From Dictyostelium discoideum (taxonomy: Eukaryota), in assembly GCA_000004695.1 (NCBI GenBank), contig CM000154.2, positions 1,536,001-1,600,000 of the forward strand: a stretch of 64,000 bases of DNA, read 5' to 3'. The notes beneath the pieces are model-generated. The model saw nothing but the letters and a program-made list of their open reading frames with translations, made no database searches and was not told the origin of the DNA. The position numbers and the translations under genes are program-made. This document shows positions 11,501-27,183 of the stretch, one piece after another (position 1 is the stretch's first letter; each line of letters opens with the position of its first letter).

Positions 11501-14500
11501 ATTCAATTTCAGCATCAATTATTGTTATGATTAGCGATGGTACAGTATTTTTTGAAATTGAATCAGTATCTCTAAAATCTTTAATTCCTTTAAAAGATCC
11601 AATATCAATTGAAAATCCAACTGATGAATTATTTTCTTCTTACCTTCAATCAATTGATTCTCTAATTTCTGAACCATCATCATATAAATCGATTTATAAA
11701 AGAAATGAATTTATTTCAAGTGGAATGAGTGATTTATCAAGATCAGATTATCAACAATTTATTTCAACTTTATTATATACAAATTTAATTAAAAGAAATC
11801 AATCAATTGAAAGTGATTTAAGAAACCAAATTGAATTTGAAGAAATTAAAGCAAAATATTGCAAAAATTCAAAATTTGAAAGATTATTTACATTTGTTAT
11901 TGAAACCATTAAACAATATGATGGTATAAATGGTAATCTTAATAGTTGGAATGAAGGTAATATTGATATTTATAAAATTTTAATAAAATCAACAAGAATC
12001 ATTTCAAAATTATTATTCCCATTACAAGGTGAAGATACAACAATTGATACACCTCAATCTTTATTTGAAAATAATCTTTTAGATGACTTTTATAATATTA
12101 ATGGTAACACAGTTATTCAAAATCAATTGGTTGGTGAAATCATTACACAATCTATAAAACCATTAATTAATGAAAAGATGGTATTTAGAATATTAGAATT
12201 TGGAGGTGGTGTTGGATCTTTATCAATCGTAACATTGAATAAAATAAACCAATTACTTGAGCAACATCCAAACTTTCAAATTGATATAGAATATACATGG
12301 ACAGATATCTCACCTTCATTCATTCCAGATGCTAAAAAACTTCTTTCAAACATAAAAGGTGTTACTATTATTTATAGATCATTGGATCTAGAAGAATCAT
12401 TGATTGAAAAGCAATTATTAAAACCATCCTATTATGATTTTGTAATAATGTCAAATGTACTTCACGTTATTAAAGAAATTAAATTTGGTATTGATGAGAT
12501 CTATAAAGTATTATCGCCAAATGGTCAATTATTGTTCATTGAAACTCCTTATAGAATGTTAATATGTGATAGTATTTTTGGTGTATTCGATCAATGGTGG
12601 GGCTTCACAGATACTGGAATTAGAGTTGACAGATGTTGTATGAAACAAAAAACTTGGTTTAAATTACTATCAGAAAGTAATTATCAAGATATTATAATGT
12701 CGGATGATATAAAAGATTGTTGTTTTGTAATTCAAGCTAAAAAACCATCAATTTCATCATTAGAATATAAACTTAAAATTGATAGTCAAGAAAATGATAA
12801 AATAATTGTTTTTGGTGAAAATGATACTTTTATGAAATACTTAGAGAATAAATCAACAAAACAAATTATAAAAATTAAAACATGCCAACAATTTAGTGAT
12901 TTGATTACTAGTAATTCAAAAGAAATAAATAATCAATCAATTATTTATTTCATTAAAACATTAAATCAACTTTTAATTGAAAACTTTAAAGAGATAACCT
13001 TGGAATATATTCAAATAAATCAATTACTATTATCATCTGGTTTATCATGCAAACATATTTTACTTTTAAATCAATCCACAAGTGAAAATTATTTAGGTTC
13101 ATCAATTTCAGGTGCAGCAAGATATTTTGATGAATTCCCACCATTAAAACTGTATTCATTTGATTTTGATAAATACTCTTTAAATAATGAATCGATCAAT
13201 ATTATTGATGATATTATTGAACCAATTATCAAATCTATGAATAATTCAAATATCAGAAAAGAATTATTAGTTAGAAATAATAAAATTTTCTTTGAAAGAT
13301 ATAAACAAGAAAAAAGAATTAAGGAAAATTATAAATCAACATCATTCGAAAATGATAAATCATTATTTGTTCATTTAAATGCAAATCTGGAATATGAATT
13401 AAAATCTAAACAAGTCAAATTAAAACAAAATGAAATTGAAGTTAATGTAAAAGCAACTGGAATTAATTATAAAGATTATTTAGTTTATACTGCTATGACA
13501 CCAAGTGAATTAATAAATCATAAAGGTGAATCAAATCCAGAATTTGGCCACGATTTTTCAGGTATTATAACTCGTATTGGAGATGATGATGGTGATAATG
13601 ATAATGAATTTAAAGTTGGTGATCAAGTTTATGGTATTTGGTTCAATACTACTGCAAGTCATATTATAGTTGATAAAGAATTCCTTTGTCATAAACCAAG
13701 TAAACTTAGTCATACCATTGCATCTTCAATACCAGTTGTTTATATTACATCATTATATAGTTTATACAATATAGGTAATATTCAAAATGATGAATCTATA
13801 TTAATTCATTCAGCATCAGGTGGAATTGGTTTATCAGCATTAAATATATTAAAATGGAAGAATCACAAATCTCATATTTTCGTTACAGTTGGTTCAAAAG
13901 AAAAAGAAAAATATATTCATGATACTTATGGTGATTTTATTACAGGAATTTATTCAAGTAGAAATAAAGATTATTTAAAACTTATTAAAAGAAAGTTAAC
14001 AGAATTAGGATCAAATAAAAAGGGAGTAGATATTATATTGAATACTTTATCAAGTAGTGAACATATGGTATCAAATTTCAAATGTTTGAATCATAGAGGT
14101 AGAATCATTGATTTATCAATAACTCATTTAAACCATAATGAATATACTTGTAATAATAATTTCAAATACAACTATGGTTATCATAATGTTGAAGTTTTAT
14201 TTGTTAAAGGGGATATAATTTCAAAACTATTGAAAAATATTACCTCAGCAATTGAAAATGGATCATTATCCACTGGAATTCCAATCATTGAATTCAATGA
14301 TTCAGATTGTTTTAATGCTATTGAATTTATTAATAAACGTCAACATATTGGTAAGATTGTTGTTAACCATAATAAAGAAAATTTAATTCAAGAATTAATT
14401 AAAAAAACGAATTTACCAATTATCAAATCAAATTATCAAATCAATAGTGATCATCTAGGTAAAAATATATTGGTTACTGGTCAATCTGGTATTATATTGG

Positions 14501-15579
14501 AAATTTTGAAATGGATAGTTAAATATTCAACAAATGTTGAAAACATAATTATCCTATCAAGATCATCATTGAAATGGGAATTGGAATTATTAGTAAACAA
14601 AAATAAAAACAAATTGAATTTCATTTACAAAAGCGTTGATGTTGGTAATTCATTGGAAATTGAAAAAGTAATTGATGAAATTTTAATGGAAAACCCTCAA
14701 ATCAATAATGTAGATTCAATCTTTCATTATGCTTTTACTCAAATCTCTTGTAAAGAACATGAAATTGATCAAGTACATTTAAATGTATCACATCAAGCAA
14801 AAACCATGGGTGCAATTAATTTACATAACCAATCAATTAAAAGAAATTGGAAATTAATAAACTTTATAATGGCATCATCAGCAGCGGGTCTTATTGGATC
14901 AACTGATCAATGTTCATATGTTTGTTCAAGTAATGTTTTAGATACATTTTCAAAATATCGTAAACATGTATTAGGATTACCTTCAATTTGTATAAACTAT
15001 GGTTTAATTGAATCCACTGGTTTTGTATCTCGTAATCAATCAGTTGCAGTGATGTTGGATGGTCAAGGTATTAGACCAATGCAAACAAATCAAATTTTAG
15101 GATCATTAGATTTATTTATTCAAAATCCTTCAAAATCTACCAATATAATTTTAACCAGTTTCAATTTTAATGAATTTGCAACAGGTAATCTCCAACAATC
15201 AAATGTTCATAAATTTGATTTCCAGTTTAATTGTTGTTTATCACAAAAATCAAAATTAATGGCAAACAACCAAGCAAGTGAAAATCCTGTTAAAGATTTA
15301 TTAATCAATAATATATGTGAATTATTATCAATTGATGAGTCAAAATTAAACATTGATATTAGATTAATTGATTATGGTTCAGATTCATTAACAATTGTTC
15401 AAATTAAAAATTTAATTGATAAAAATCTATTAATACCAAATTTAATTTCAATTCAAATGTTACAAAATAACTCAATCTCTGACAATATAAAAATTTTAAC
15501 AGATTCCTACAACAAAAAGAAACAAAATGAACAAAATGAATTAAAAAATATAAAAGTTGGTTCATTTACTAAAAAATAA
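7867..15579 (+). CDS. Type I iterative highly reducing polyketide synthase, join(7867..8482,8600..15579). Domain order KS-AT-DH-cMT-ER-KR-ACP.
   Basis: KS motifs: [10 protein letters not shown] (active Cys), [21 protein letters not shown]: GHSLGE. DH: [14 protein letters not shown] (HxxxGxxxxP). C-methyltransferase: [12 protein letters not shown]: [16 protein letters not shown]: [10 protein letters not shown] Rossmann. ACP: [14 protein letters not shown] (Ser attachment). One phase-1 intron (G|GTAAAT at 8483, acceptor AATAG at 8599) splits the KS domain; the spliced frame reads [19 protein letters not shown]...[18 protein letters not shown]. No TE or chalcone-synthase domain follows the ACP. 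Confidence 0.85.
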
Positions 15580-15649
15580 TAATTTAATAGTTAAATAAAT
15601 AGTAGTGATTTTATTATTCATTTTCTTTACCATTTCTTTTTTTCTTTTT

Positions 15650-16802
15650 TTAATTTTGTAATGGATAAACATCATATAACTGAGAGGAGGAATCAAGTTT
15701 AGAACCTGAATAAAAGTAATAGGTATTTTGGAAAGTTGCAAAAGGCATAGAAGGAGAGCATAGTTCCTCAATATCGGAAATAAAATCTAAACCAAAAGTT
15801 ACATGATCACCATTATCAATACCAAATCTACCACTATGGTAAGGGTTTCCATCTTTATAAGCTCCATCATATGGGATCTAATTATTAAAATTGTTTTTAA
15901 TAGTTAGTAGAAAATAAAAAGGAGACACTATTGTAAAAAAAAAAAAAAAAAAAAAAAATACTTACCCAACCAATTGATTGATGATAAAATTCACATTTAA
16001 CGTGAGGTTGAGTATCTTTAATAGCAATTTTACTTCCTCTACCATATAAAAGACGAACTGGAATATTATTATATCTTAAAATACTTGAAAAGAACCAAGA
16101 ATGAACACCACAATCACCATGTCCAAATTTAAAAGCCTCAGTTGGTGTACCATCATGACTATATGGATTTTGATATTTCAAATTCTTATAAATAAACAAT
16201 GAAACTCTATATGCAAATTCTAGTATACCTTCAATATCTCCACCATCATTATGAGGGTATAATCTGTTAGCTTCAATGAATTGTTGAAATTCTGGTGTAT
16301 TAAAATTAATCTTTGTTGTAGGTCTTAAATAAACTTCAATCTCTTTATCTGTAATTGGTTCAACTTCAATTATTTCATTTGGATCTTTAACTTCGGTTAA
16401 ATGAACTTTATAAAGATCTACATCAACTCTATACTTTGCTATTGTAGACTTTATATTATGCACACTTTCAAATTTATGACTAACCCTATAAATATCGTTA
16501 TGTGATGACCCAATAATTTCAGAGTCTACCAACAATTCATCATTACCACCATTATGAAGTGTAAATGATGAATATCTAACTTGTTGATTATTAATTGATG
16601 GTGGTACTGATAAGTATTGTTTTGTCCAAGAAAGCTCTAAATAAAAAAAAAATTAAAAAAAAATTAATATTGAATAATTCTCATCATATAAAATACCATA
16701 AAAATAACATACTTGTATTTGAATAGGTCATAACATTTTGATATACAGCAGTAACTGAATTGTTATATATTTTTGAAAGTTTAAATCTTTTATTTCCCCA
16801 TA
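15650..16802 (-). CDS. Transglutaminase-like domain protein, cassette A, complement(join(15650..15877,15966..16636,16713..16802)). May be the 3' half of one long gene continuing into cassette B.
   Basis: TGase-like core GDCGVHSWFFSSILRYNNIPVRLLYGR followed by a His motif (TQPHVKCEFYHQSIGW). Donors GTAAGT (15965) and GTATGT (16712); acceptors TAG at 15878 and 16637. Last exon translates IPYDGAYKDGNPYHSGRFGIDNGDHVTFGLDFISDIEEL...YPLQN with stop at 15650..15652. The exon-by-exon structure parallels cassette B. Confidence 0.6.
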
Positions 16803-16817
16803 CTAAATAATTTAAAT

Positions 16818-19978
<3,161 letters not shown>

Positions 19979-20157
19979 CTAAAAATAAAAAAAAATTAAA
20001 AAAAAAAAAAATTAAAAAAATTAAAATTTTTTTTTTTTTTTTTATTAAAATCTTTAAAAAAAAAAAAAAATTTACATTTGAAATCAAATTGGTTATTTTT
20101 TTTTTTTTTTAGTAAAAACAATGAGGTATTAAAAAAAAAAAAAAAAAAAAAAAGCAA

Positions 20158-20197
<40 letters not shown>

Positions 20198-20679
20198 CCA
20201 AAGCACAAAAAAAAAAAAAAATTAAAAAAAAAAATTTAAATGGGTAAAAAATCCTAACTTTTCAGGAATAAAATGTAGGAATCATTTTTTTTTTTTTTTT
20301 TTGCTCGAGATATTTTGCGAGTTTTTAGATTTCATTTTTTTTTATTATTATGCAGAAAAAAAAAGAAGAATAATTATTTTTTTTTTTTTTTTTTAAAACA
20401 TTGTTTATAAACTAATATTTATTTTTAAAAACTTTTTTATTTTTGCAATTTGGTTTTTAAATTTGTAATTTTATTTAATTTAATTTTGTAATTTAAATTT
20501 TTTTTTTTTTTTTTTTTTTTATTTTTTTTAACCCATGATCATTTTTTTTTTTTTTTTTTTTTTTTTTATTTTTTTTTTTTTATTTTTTTTATTAAATAAT
20601 GTTTCAAAATTGAACCACATAAAAAATCACAATACACACACAACCATCCAATCCAAAAAAAAAAAAAAAAAAAAAATTA

Positions 20680-21035
20680 ATGATAAAATTAAATTTCTGG
20701 ATAAAATCCATTATTATTGGATTAGTATCATTTATTTATATTTATTTATTTGTGTTTAGTGTAAACAAAACAAAAGATTTGGAAAAATTAGAAATTGAAA
20801 ATAATAAATTAAATTTTGAAAATGAAAAATCAAATATATCAATATTAAAATATATAGAAACTATTAATAATTTAAATAATACAATTAAAAATTTAAATTT
20901 TTCAATTGAACAATCAAAACAACAATTAATTCAAATGGAAAATAGTTTTAATAAAGATTTAAAATTATTACAAAATTCATTAAATGAATGTGAAGAAATT
21001 AAAAATAAATTAAAAAATAATAAAAACAATAATAA

Positions 21036-21094
<59 letters not shown>

Positions 21095-22176
21095 TATTAT
21101 TAAATAATAAAAATGAAATTATACCGATTTTAATACCAACATATAATAGAACAAATTATTTAGAAAAAACAATTAAATCAATTTTAAAAATTAGAGATAA
21201 AAATAAAGAAAAAATTAAAAAATTCCCAATAATAATATCACAAGATATTTGTAAAAAGAATGATAATCAAAATGAAAATGAAAATTGTAAAGAAATGAAT
21301 GAATATTTAGAGGAAATTAATTTAAATTATCAAGGTATAATAGTATTAAAGAATTTACAAAATGGTAATTTAGTGTTGAATTCAACATATGAATCAATAT
21401 CAAGACATTATAAATGGGCATTGAGTCAAATATTTGATAAATTATCATTTGATAAATTATTAATTGTTGAAGATGATTTAGAAGTTTCATTAGACTTTTT
21501 AGATTATTTTGAAAAGGTATCACCATTATTAGACATTGATAAATCGTTATTCTGCATTTCAGCATGGAATGATAATGGTAAGAAACCATTAACAAATGAG
21601 AATCAAAAACAAGCGATTACTCAATTCTATAGAACTGATTTCTTCCCTGGACTAGGTTGGCTCACAACTAATAGATTCTGGAATGAAATTAAGGATAACT
21701 GGCCCACCCAATACTGGGACGACTATTTAAGACAGCCATCAGTGATTAAAGGAAAACAGTGTATCAGACCAGAGATATCACGTGTTAAAAATATTGGTAT
21801 CAGTGGTGCAACCAGTCAACAAGTTTATGAAAATTATATAAAAGAAATCATTAGTATCACAGATGACCAATACCCAATTAATTATAGTGATGTTGATATC
21901 CATCAATTAATAGAACCAACATATTCAAATAAATTAAAAGAATCAATAACAAATGCAAAATTAATTTATCCATATGAAATTGAAACTTTTGGTTACAAAA
22001 ATCAAACTTTAAAAATCATATTCAAAGATCAATATGATTATCAAATGTTAGCCAAACAATTTGGTTTAATTGATGACCAACGTGAAGAAATTCAACGTAC
22101 ATCTTTTAAAAAAATAGTTTCATTTTATTTTAAATCAAATTTAATTTATTTTATACCAAATCAAATTAATTGGTAA
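20680..22176 (+). CDS. Alpha-1,3-mannosyl-glycoprotein beta-1,2-N-acetylglucosaminyltransferase (GnT-I / MGAT1-like, GT13). Type II membrane protein, single exon.
   Basis: N-terminal signal anchor (IIIGLVSFIYIYLFVFSV), an Asn-rich stem, then GT13 motifs. These are ISRHYKWALSQIF, LIVEDDLEVSLDFLDYF (EDD), SAWNDNG, FFPGLGWL, WDDYLR and CIRPEISR. Confidence 0.85.
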
Positions 22177-22210
22177 AAATAATAAAATAAATAAATAATT
22201 ATTACTATTA

Positions 22211-22487
22211 TTATTGTTGTTGTTGCTGTTGCTGTTGTTTATTCTTCATCATTTCTTTAAAATCTAATTCTCTTAAATAACTTGAACTTAATTTAACATC
22301 ATCACCTTGATGGGGTGTATCGAAATAAGAGATTGAATAAATTTCTAATGGTTTTAATTTTGTTTCTCTTCTTACAGTATTAATTTTAATTGCTGTTTTA
22401 TAAACTTCTGGTGATATTACAATACATTCTAATTTTTTACTTGTCATTGTATTTGCATATGGTTCAACTAATTTTAACATCTATTTT

Positions 22488-22544
<57 letters not shown>

Positions 22545-23553
22545 TTAGTGAATGAAATTTACATATGTATATATAATGTAAATTTCTACTTACATTATAT
22601 TCAACAGATGGATTAATTGATTTTAAGAAATTTAAAGTTTTTTCAGATCTAAATTCAAATGGTGTAATTAATTCACTATACTTTTTTGAAGTTAAAATTG
22701 AATTATCAGTAATACCAACTTCCATATAATCAGAACAAACCAATGCTGCCATCGTTAACATTACTTTATGACCTGGATGCATTCTATCAAATGTACCACC
22801 TAAAACAACACCTCCAAATGGTGGTGTCCATTTCGTTAAATTCTTTCCAATTTGAGATGGTTCATAAAAATGTTTTGGATAACTGAAATCAATATTTATC
22901 GACGTAGAATCAATTGACTTTATTGAATTATTACTATTTATAAATTTCTCATTAATTAATTTAAGTTCATTCTCTTGTTCAAATAGATTCATTGAACTAT
23001 CTAAAAATAAAATATCAATTTCATTATTATTTTGAGTATAATTATTATTATTATTATTATTATATATTTCTTTATCTTTTTGATTAATTAAATCTAATGG
23101 AATAATTGAAACATTTAATCTTGGATTTTCATTATAAAGTATTTGATAATAATTAAAGAAAATATTTTCTAATCTTTTTAATGGTTCTATATTTGCTGAA
23201 ACTATTAAACTTGGTGATTCTGAATCATCCAATTCAATTTGTTGTTTCTTTTCAATTTTCATTTTTTTATCAATCTCTGACCAACTAAAAAAGAGATCAT
23301 TATAAATCTTTTCAACCTTTTCATTAATCTCTGAGGATCCTGTTGTTGTTTGTTTACTAATTTGTTGTGTTGGTGAATTTAATGAACGATCGAAATTAAT
23401 GTTATTATAATTCACTAATTCTATATATAAATGATCTTTAACCTTTGGTGCAATCGATATTAATCTACCAACATTATAATAATGTAAATATAAATCATGT
23501 CTATTCTTTGCTTCAAAATTAAATAATAATCTAATTAATCCTGTTTTATACAT
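22211..23553 (-). CDS. Phosphopantetheine adenylyltransferase-domain protein (CoA biosynthesis, COASY-like PPAT), complement(join(22211..22480,22594..23553))
   Basis: The nucleotidyltransferase signature GGTFDRMHPGHKVMLTMAA (compare human COASY GGTFDRLHNAHK) lies in the C-terminal third. Donor AAT|GTAAGT at 22593, acceptor AATAG at 22481, phase 0. The second exon (MLKLVEPYANTMTSKKLECIVISPEVYKTAIKINTVRRE...) continues the PPAT fold and ends in polyQ. Confidence 0.7.
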
Positions 23554-23729
23554 TATAAAATTTTACTTTTTTTTTTTTTTTTTTTTTAATATTATGTATA
23601 TGAAAGTATGTGTGTGTGAATGTATGTGTGTATGTGTGAAATGTTTTTTTTTTTTAAAAAATGAAATTTAAAAATTAAATTAAAAAAACTTAAGTGTTGA
23701 AAAAAAAAAAAAAAAGTAAAAAAAATAAA

Positions 23730-23760
<31 letters not shown>

Positions 23761-23881
23761 TAAAAATAAAAATAAAAATATCTAGACACCTAATCAAGAA
23801 TTATTAAAAATTTGGAAAGTGTGGAAATGATGAACAATTTATTGTTTAGTTTTTATTTTGTTTTTTTTTTTTTTTTTTTTT

Positions 23882-24160
23882 TTATGGAGAAGCTTGGGCA
23901 AAACATTGAATTGAACAGAAATAATGATTTGCTTTTGGTGTTTCTTTAACTATAAAAGGATTTGAAATTGAAGATTGACAAACAAAACAACATGATAAAA
24001 CCTTGTTTAATTTTTTAGAAGAGGATGGGGATTTTTTACTACTACTACGATGTTTTTTACTTGGTGTCTTAATTGGACTATTATTAACAATGATGTTATT
24101 AATTGATGGAGAAATTGAAATGGTTGCTGTGATTGTAGCAATTTGTGGTTGTTGTTGCGG

Positions 24161-24237
<77 letters not shown>

Positions 24238-24427
24238 GATGTTGTAGTAATGGATGTTGTTGAGATTGTTGTGGTTTATTATTCTCTTGGGTTTGATAAT
24301 AAGAGTAATGTGATTTTGGGATTTTATTTATTGAAATGCCATTATTAGTATTATTATTATTATTATTATTATTAGTCGGTATTGGTTTAGAGGAGGAATA
24401 TGGTAATCTCATTTCTGCAGTTGTCAT
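23882..24427 (-). CDS. Small Gln/Asn-rich protein with a C-terminal FCS-like zinc-finger motif (CCFVC...HYFCSIQC)
   Basis: 181-aa ORF. A long (CAA)n-coded polyQ is flanked by Ser/Lys-rich sequence. The C-terminus has CxxC-x(n)-FCSxxC Cys spacing. The antisense poly-Cys and poly-Val ORFs on the + strand (24003..24348) are artefacts of the same repeat. Confidence 0.4.
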
Positions 24428-24807
24428 ACGGTAGAAGAAAGAAGAAAAGAAAGGAAAAAAAAAAAATATATAAAGAACTTTGGTTTAAATTTGAAAAGCG
24501 TGTGCTATCTCTTTTTGATGATTTAATTCAATAATAATAATAATAATAATAATTTTAATTCATAAAATATTATTATTGATTTTGTTATTTTGATATATAT
24601 ATATTTATATTCGAAATTAGCCAATTCCCTTTGGTGATGGATTAAGATAAAGTACAACTAATAATAGTGTATCTCTTGCAATCTTTATCATGAAATGTAT
24701 AATCCAAAAAAATTATTTAAATTTTCTATTAAATTATTATATATAAATATATATATATATATATTATAATTTTTATAAATTTTTAATAAATAAATAAATA
24801 AATAATA

Positions 24808-24842
<35 letters not shown>

Positions 24843-25284
24843 AAAGAATTTATATTTTAAATTTTTGATTGATGTTATCGAATAAATTATATATAATTGA
24901 ATGGAAATAAAAAAATATAAATAAAAAAAAAATATTAAAAAAGTAAAATAAAATATTATATTAGTATTTAAAATTTTTTATTTTTAAAACTATAAAATTT
25001 TTTAAAAATGATAGGCTAATAATCAAAGACAAGAGAATGGCTTTTTATAAATTATTTTTTTTTTATATTTTTGTGTATTTATGAATTGTCAAATAATGCA
25101 TCATTATTAATTTTATTAAAATTTTTTTTTTTTTTTTTTTATTTTATTTGTGTGGCATCAATATAAAAATTGAACGATAATAAATAAACTGTTTTTTTAC
25201 AACAACAACAAAAATAATAATAATAAAAATACTAACAACAATTAATTAATAATTGTATTTGTGGAAAGGTAGATTTATGTTTTG

Positions 25285-25319
<35 letters not shown>

Positions 25320-25756
25320 TAATAATAAAATGGGGTTTGATTTCAATTAGAACACAAAATAAAAAAAATATAATAGTAATAATTTAAATGGGGTTTATGT
25401 ATCTGTATATATGTGTGTACGTGTGTGTATAAAAAAAAATTCGTATTTGATTTTTGATGATTTGATTTGATTAAATTTTTTGGTAAAAAGGTATATATAT
25501 AGTATGTGTGAGTGTGTTGGATTAACATTGTTTTTGTAGTTGTTTATTTTTATGTGGATACAAACAATTAAATTATGATAAAGATTTCAACAAATGATGA
25601 ATAGGAAAAAAAAAAAAAGAAAAATTGATTTCCTATATTTTTTAATTTATTATGGTATAATGTATGAGTGTTTATTTTTATATCTAGTATATTTATATGA
25701 GTGAGTGTCTTGTGTGTGTGTGTATGTTTATTTCTGAAAAAAAGAATTATAAAATT

Positions 25757-25788
<32 letters not shown>

Positions 25789-26626
25789 TAATAAGATTTT
25801 TATAAAATGAAATAATATAAAAACAAATTAATTTTTCCCCAATGTTATAAAATATGTAAATATAATAATTATAATAATAATAATAATAATAATAATAATT
25901 ATAATTATAAAAAGTAAAAGATAATAAAAATAATTCTTTTAACAACTAATTTTTAATATACAATTTTAAAAAATAAATAAAAAAAATAAAATAAAAAATA
26001 AAATTTTTTAAAATAAAATTAAAATTAAAAAAAAAAGATTTAAAAAAACAAACAAATAATAAAATATTTAAATATTCGATACCTATAAATACCACACGGT
26101 ATACTTTTCAACACACACACACCCCCCAAAATTAAACCCATTTTTAAAAGTTTTTCGTCCAACCCACTCGACATCCAACCCACCAAAAAAAAAAAAACTA
26201 AACAAAAAAAAAAAAAACACATAAAAAAAAAAAATAAATAAATTCTATCTCTAAGAGATAAATTAATTTATTCAGGATCAACTAATACCACACACTCCAA
26301 CCTTTTAAATTTTAAAAAACAATAAATGTTTTTGTTTTGTTATTAAATTTTTTCTTTTTTTTTTTTTGTTTTTGTTTGGGGTATCACCATTTTTTTTTTT
26401 TCTATTCAATTTTTTTTTAATATTATAGTTTGGTGATTTAATATGATGTTTTTATGATTATCTTCTATTTTTATTTATTGATAGCAAAAGATAATCTTGA
26501 TTCTATCTTAAAGTCATATATAACAATGATATAATATACATAATAAACTTTTTTTTTATTGACAATTATTTTATGATGCTTCTCTTCTTTTTTTTTTTTT
26601 TGTTTTTTTGTTTTTTGATGTTGGAG

Positions 26627-26673
<47 letters not shown>

Positions 26674-27183
26674 AAAGATAACAAATATTATGCATCCTAC
26701 CTTTGTATTATATGTATAATATATATTTCTTCCCAAAATAAAAATAAAAAAAAAAAAATATATTTATAAAATAAAAAAAAAAAAAAAAAAAAAAAAACAA
26801 AAAACAAAAAACAAAAAAAGGTCCGAAAATTGGCAACCAGGAATCAAAAACGGTTAAAAATTTATTTCAAAGTCTGTGTTCGTTTTTTTATATTTTTTTT
26901 TTCATTTTTGATATAATCAACTAATTTTAAAAATAAAATCAAAAAGAAAGTTAACCATTTTTTTTTTTATTTTTAATTATTTTTAAAATTGTTTGGTATT
27001 GAGAAAAAAAAAAAAAAAAAAAAAATAAAAAAAAAAAAAAAAAAAAAAAATTAAATTGTAAAAAAACGATAAATTTCATTGATACAACATTATTTTCACA
27101 TGAAAAAAGAAAAAATCTAAAAAACTTTTTTTTTTTTTAATTTAAAAATTATATAAATTATATAAATTATATAAACTCAAATT

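Noticed and set aside
22474-23553. Treating 22474..23553 and 22211..22480 as two separate genes
   Set aside because: A GTAAGT donor at 22593 and an AG acceptor at 22481 join them in phase 0 into one PPAT-domain protein. The first ORF's last ~38 codons are intronic read-through.
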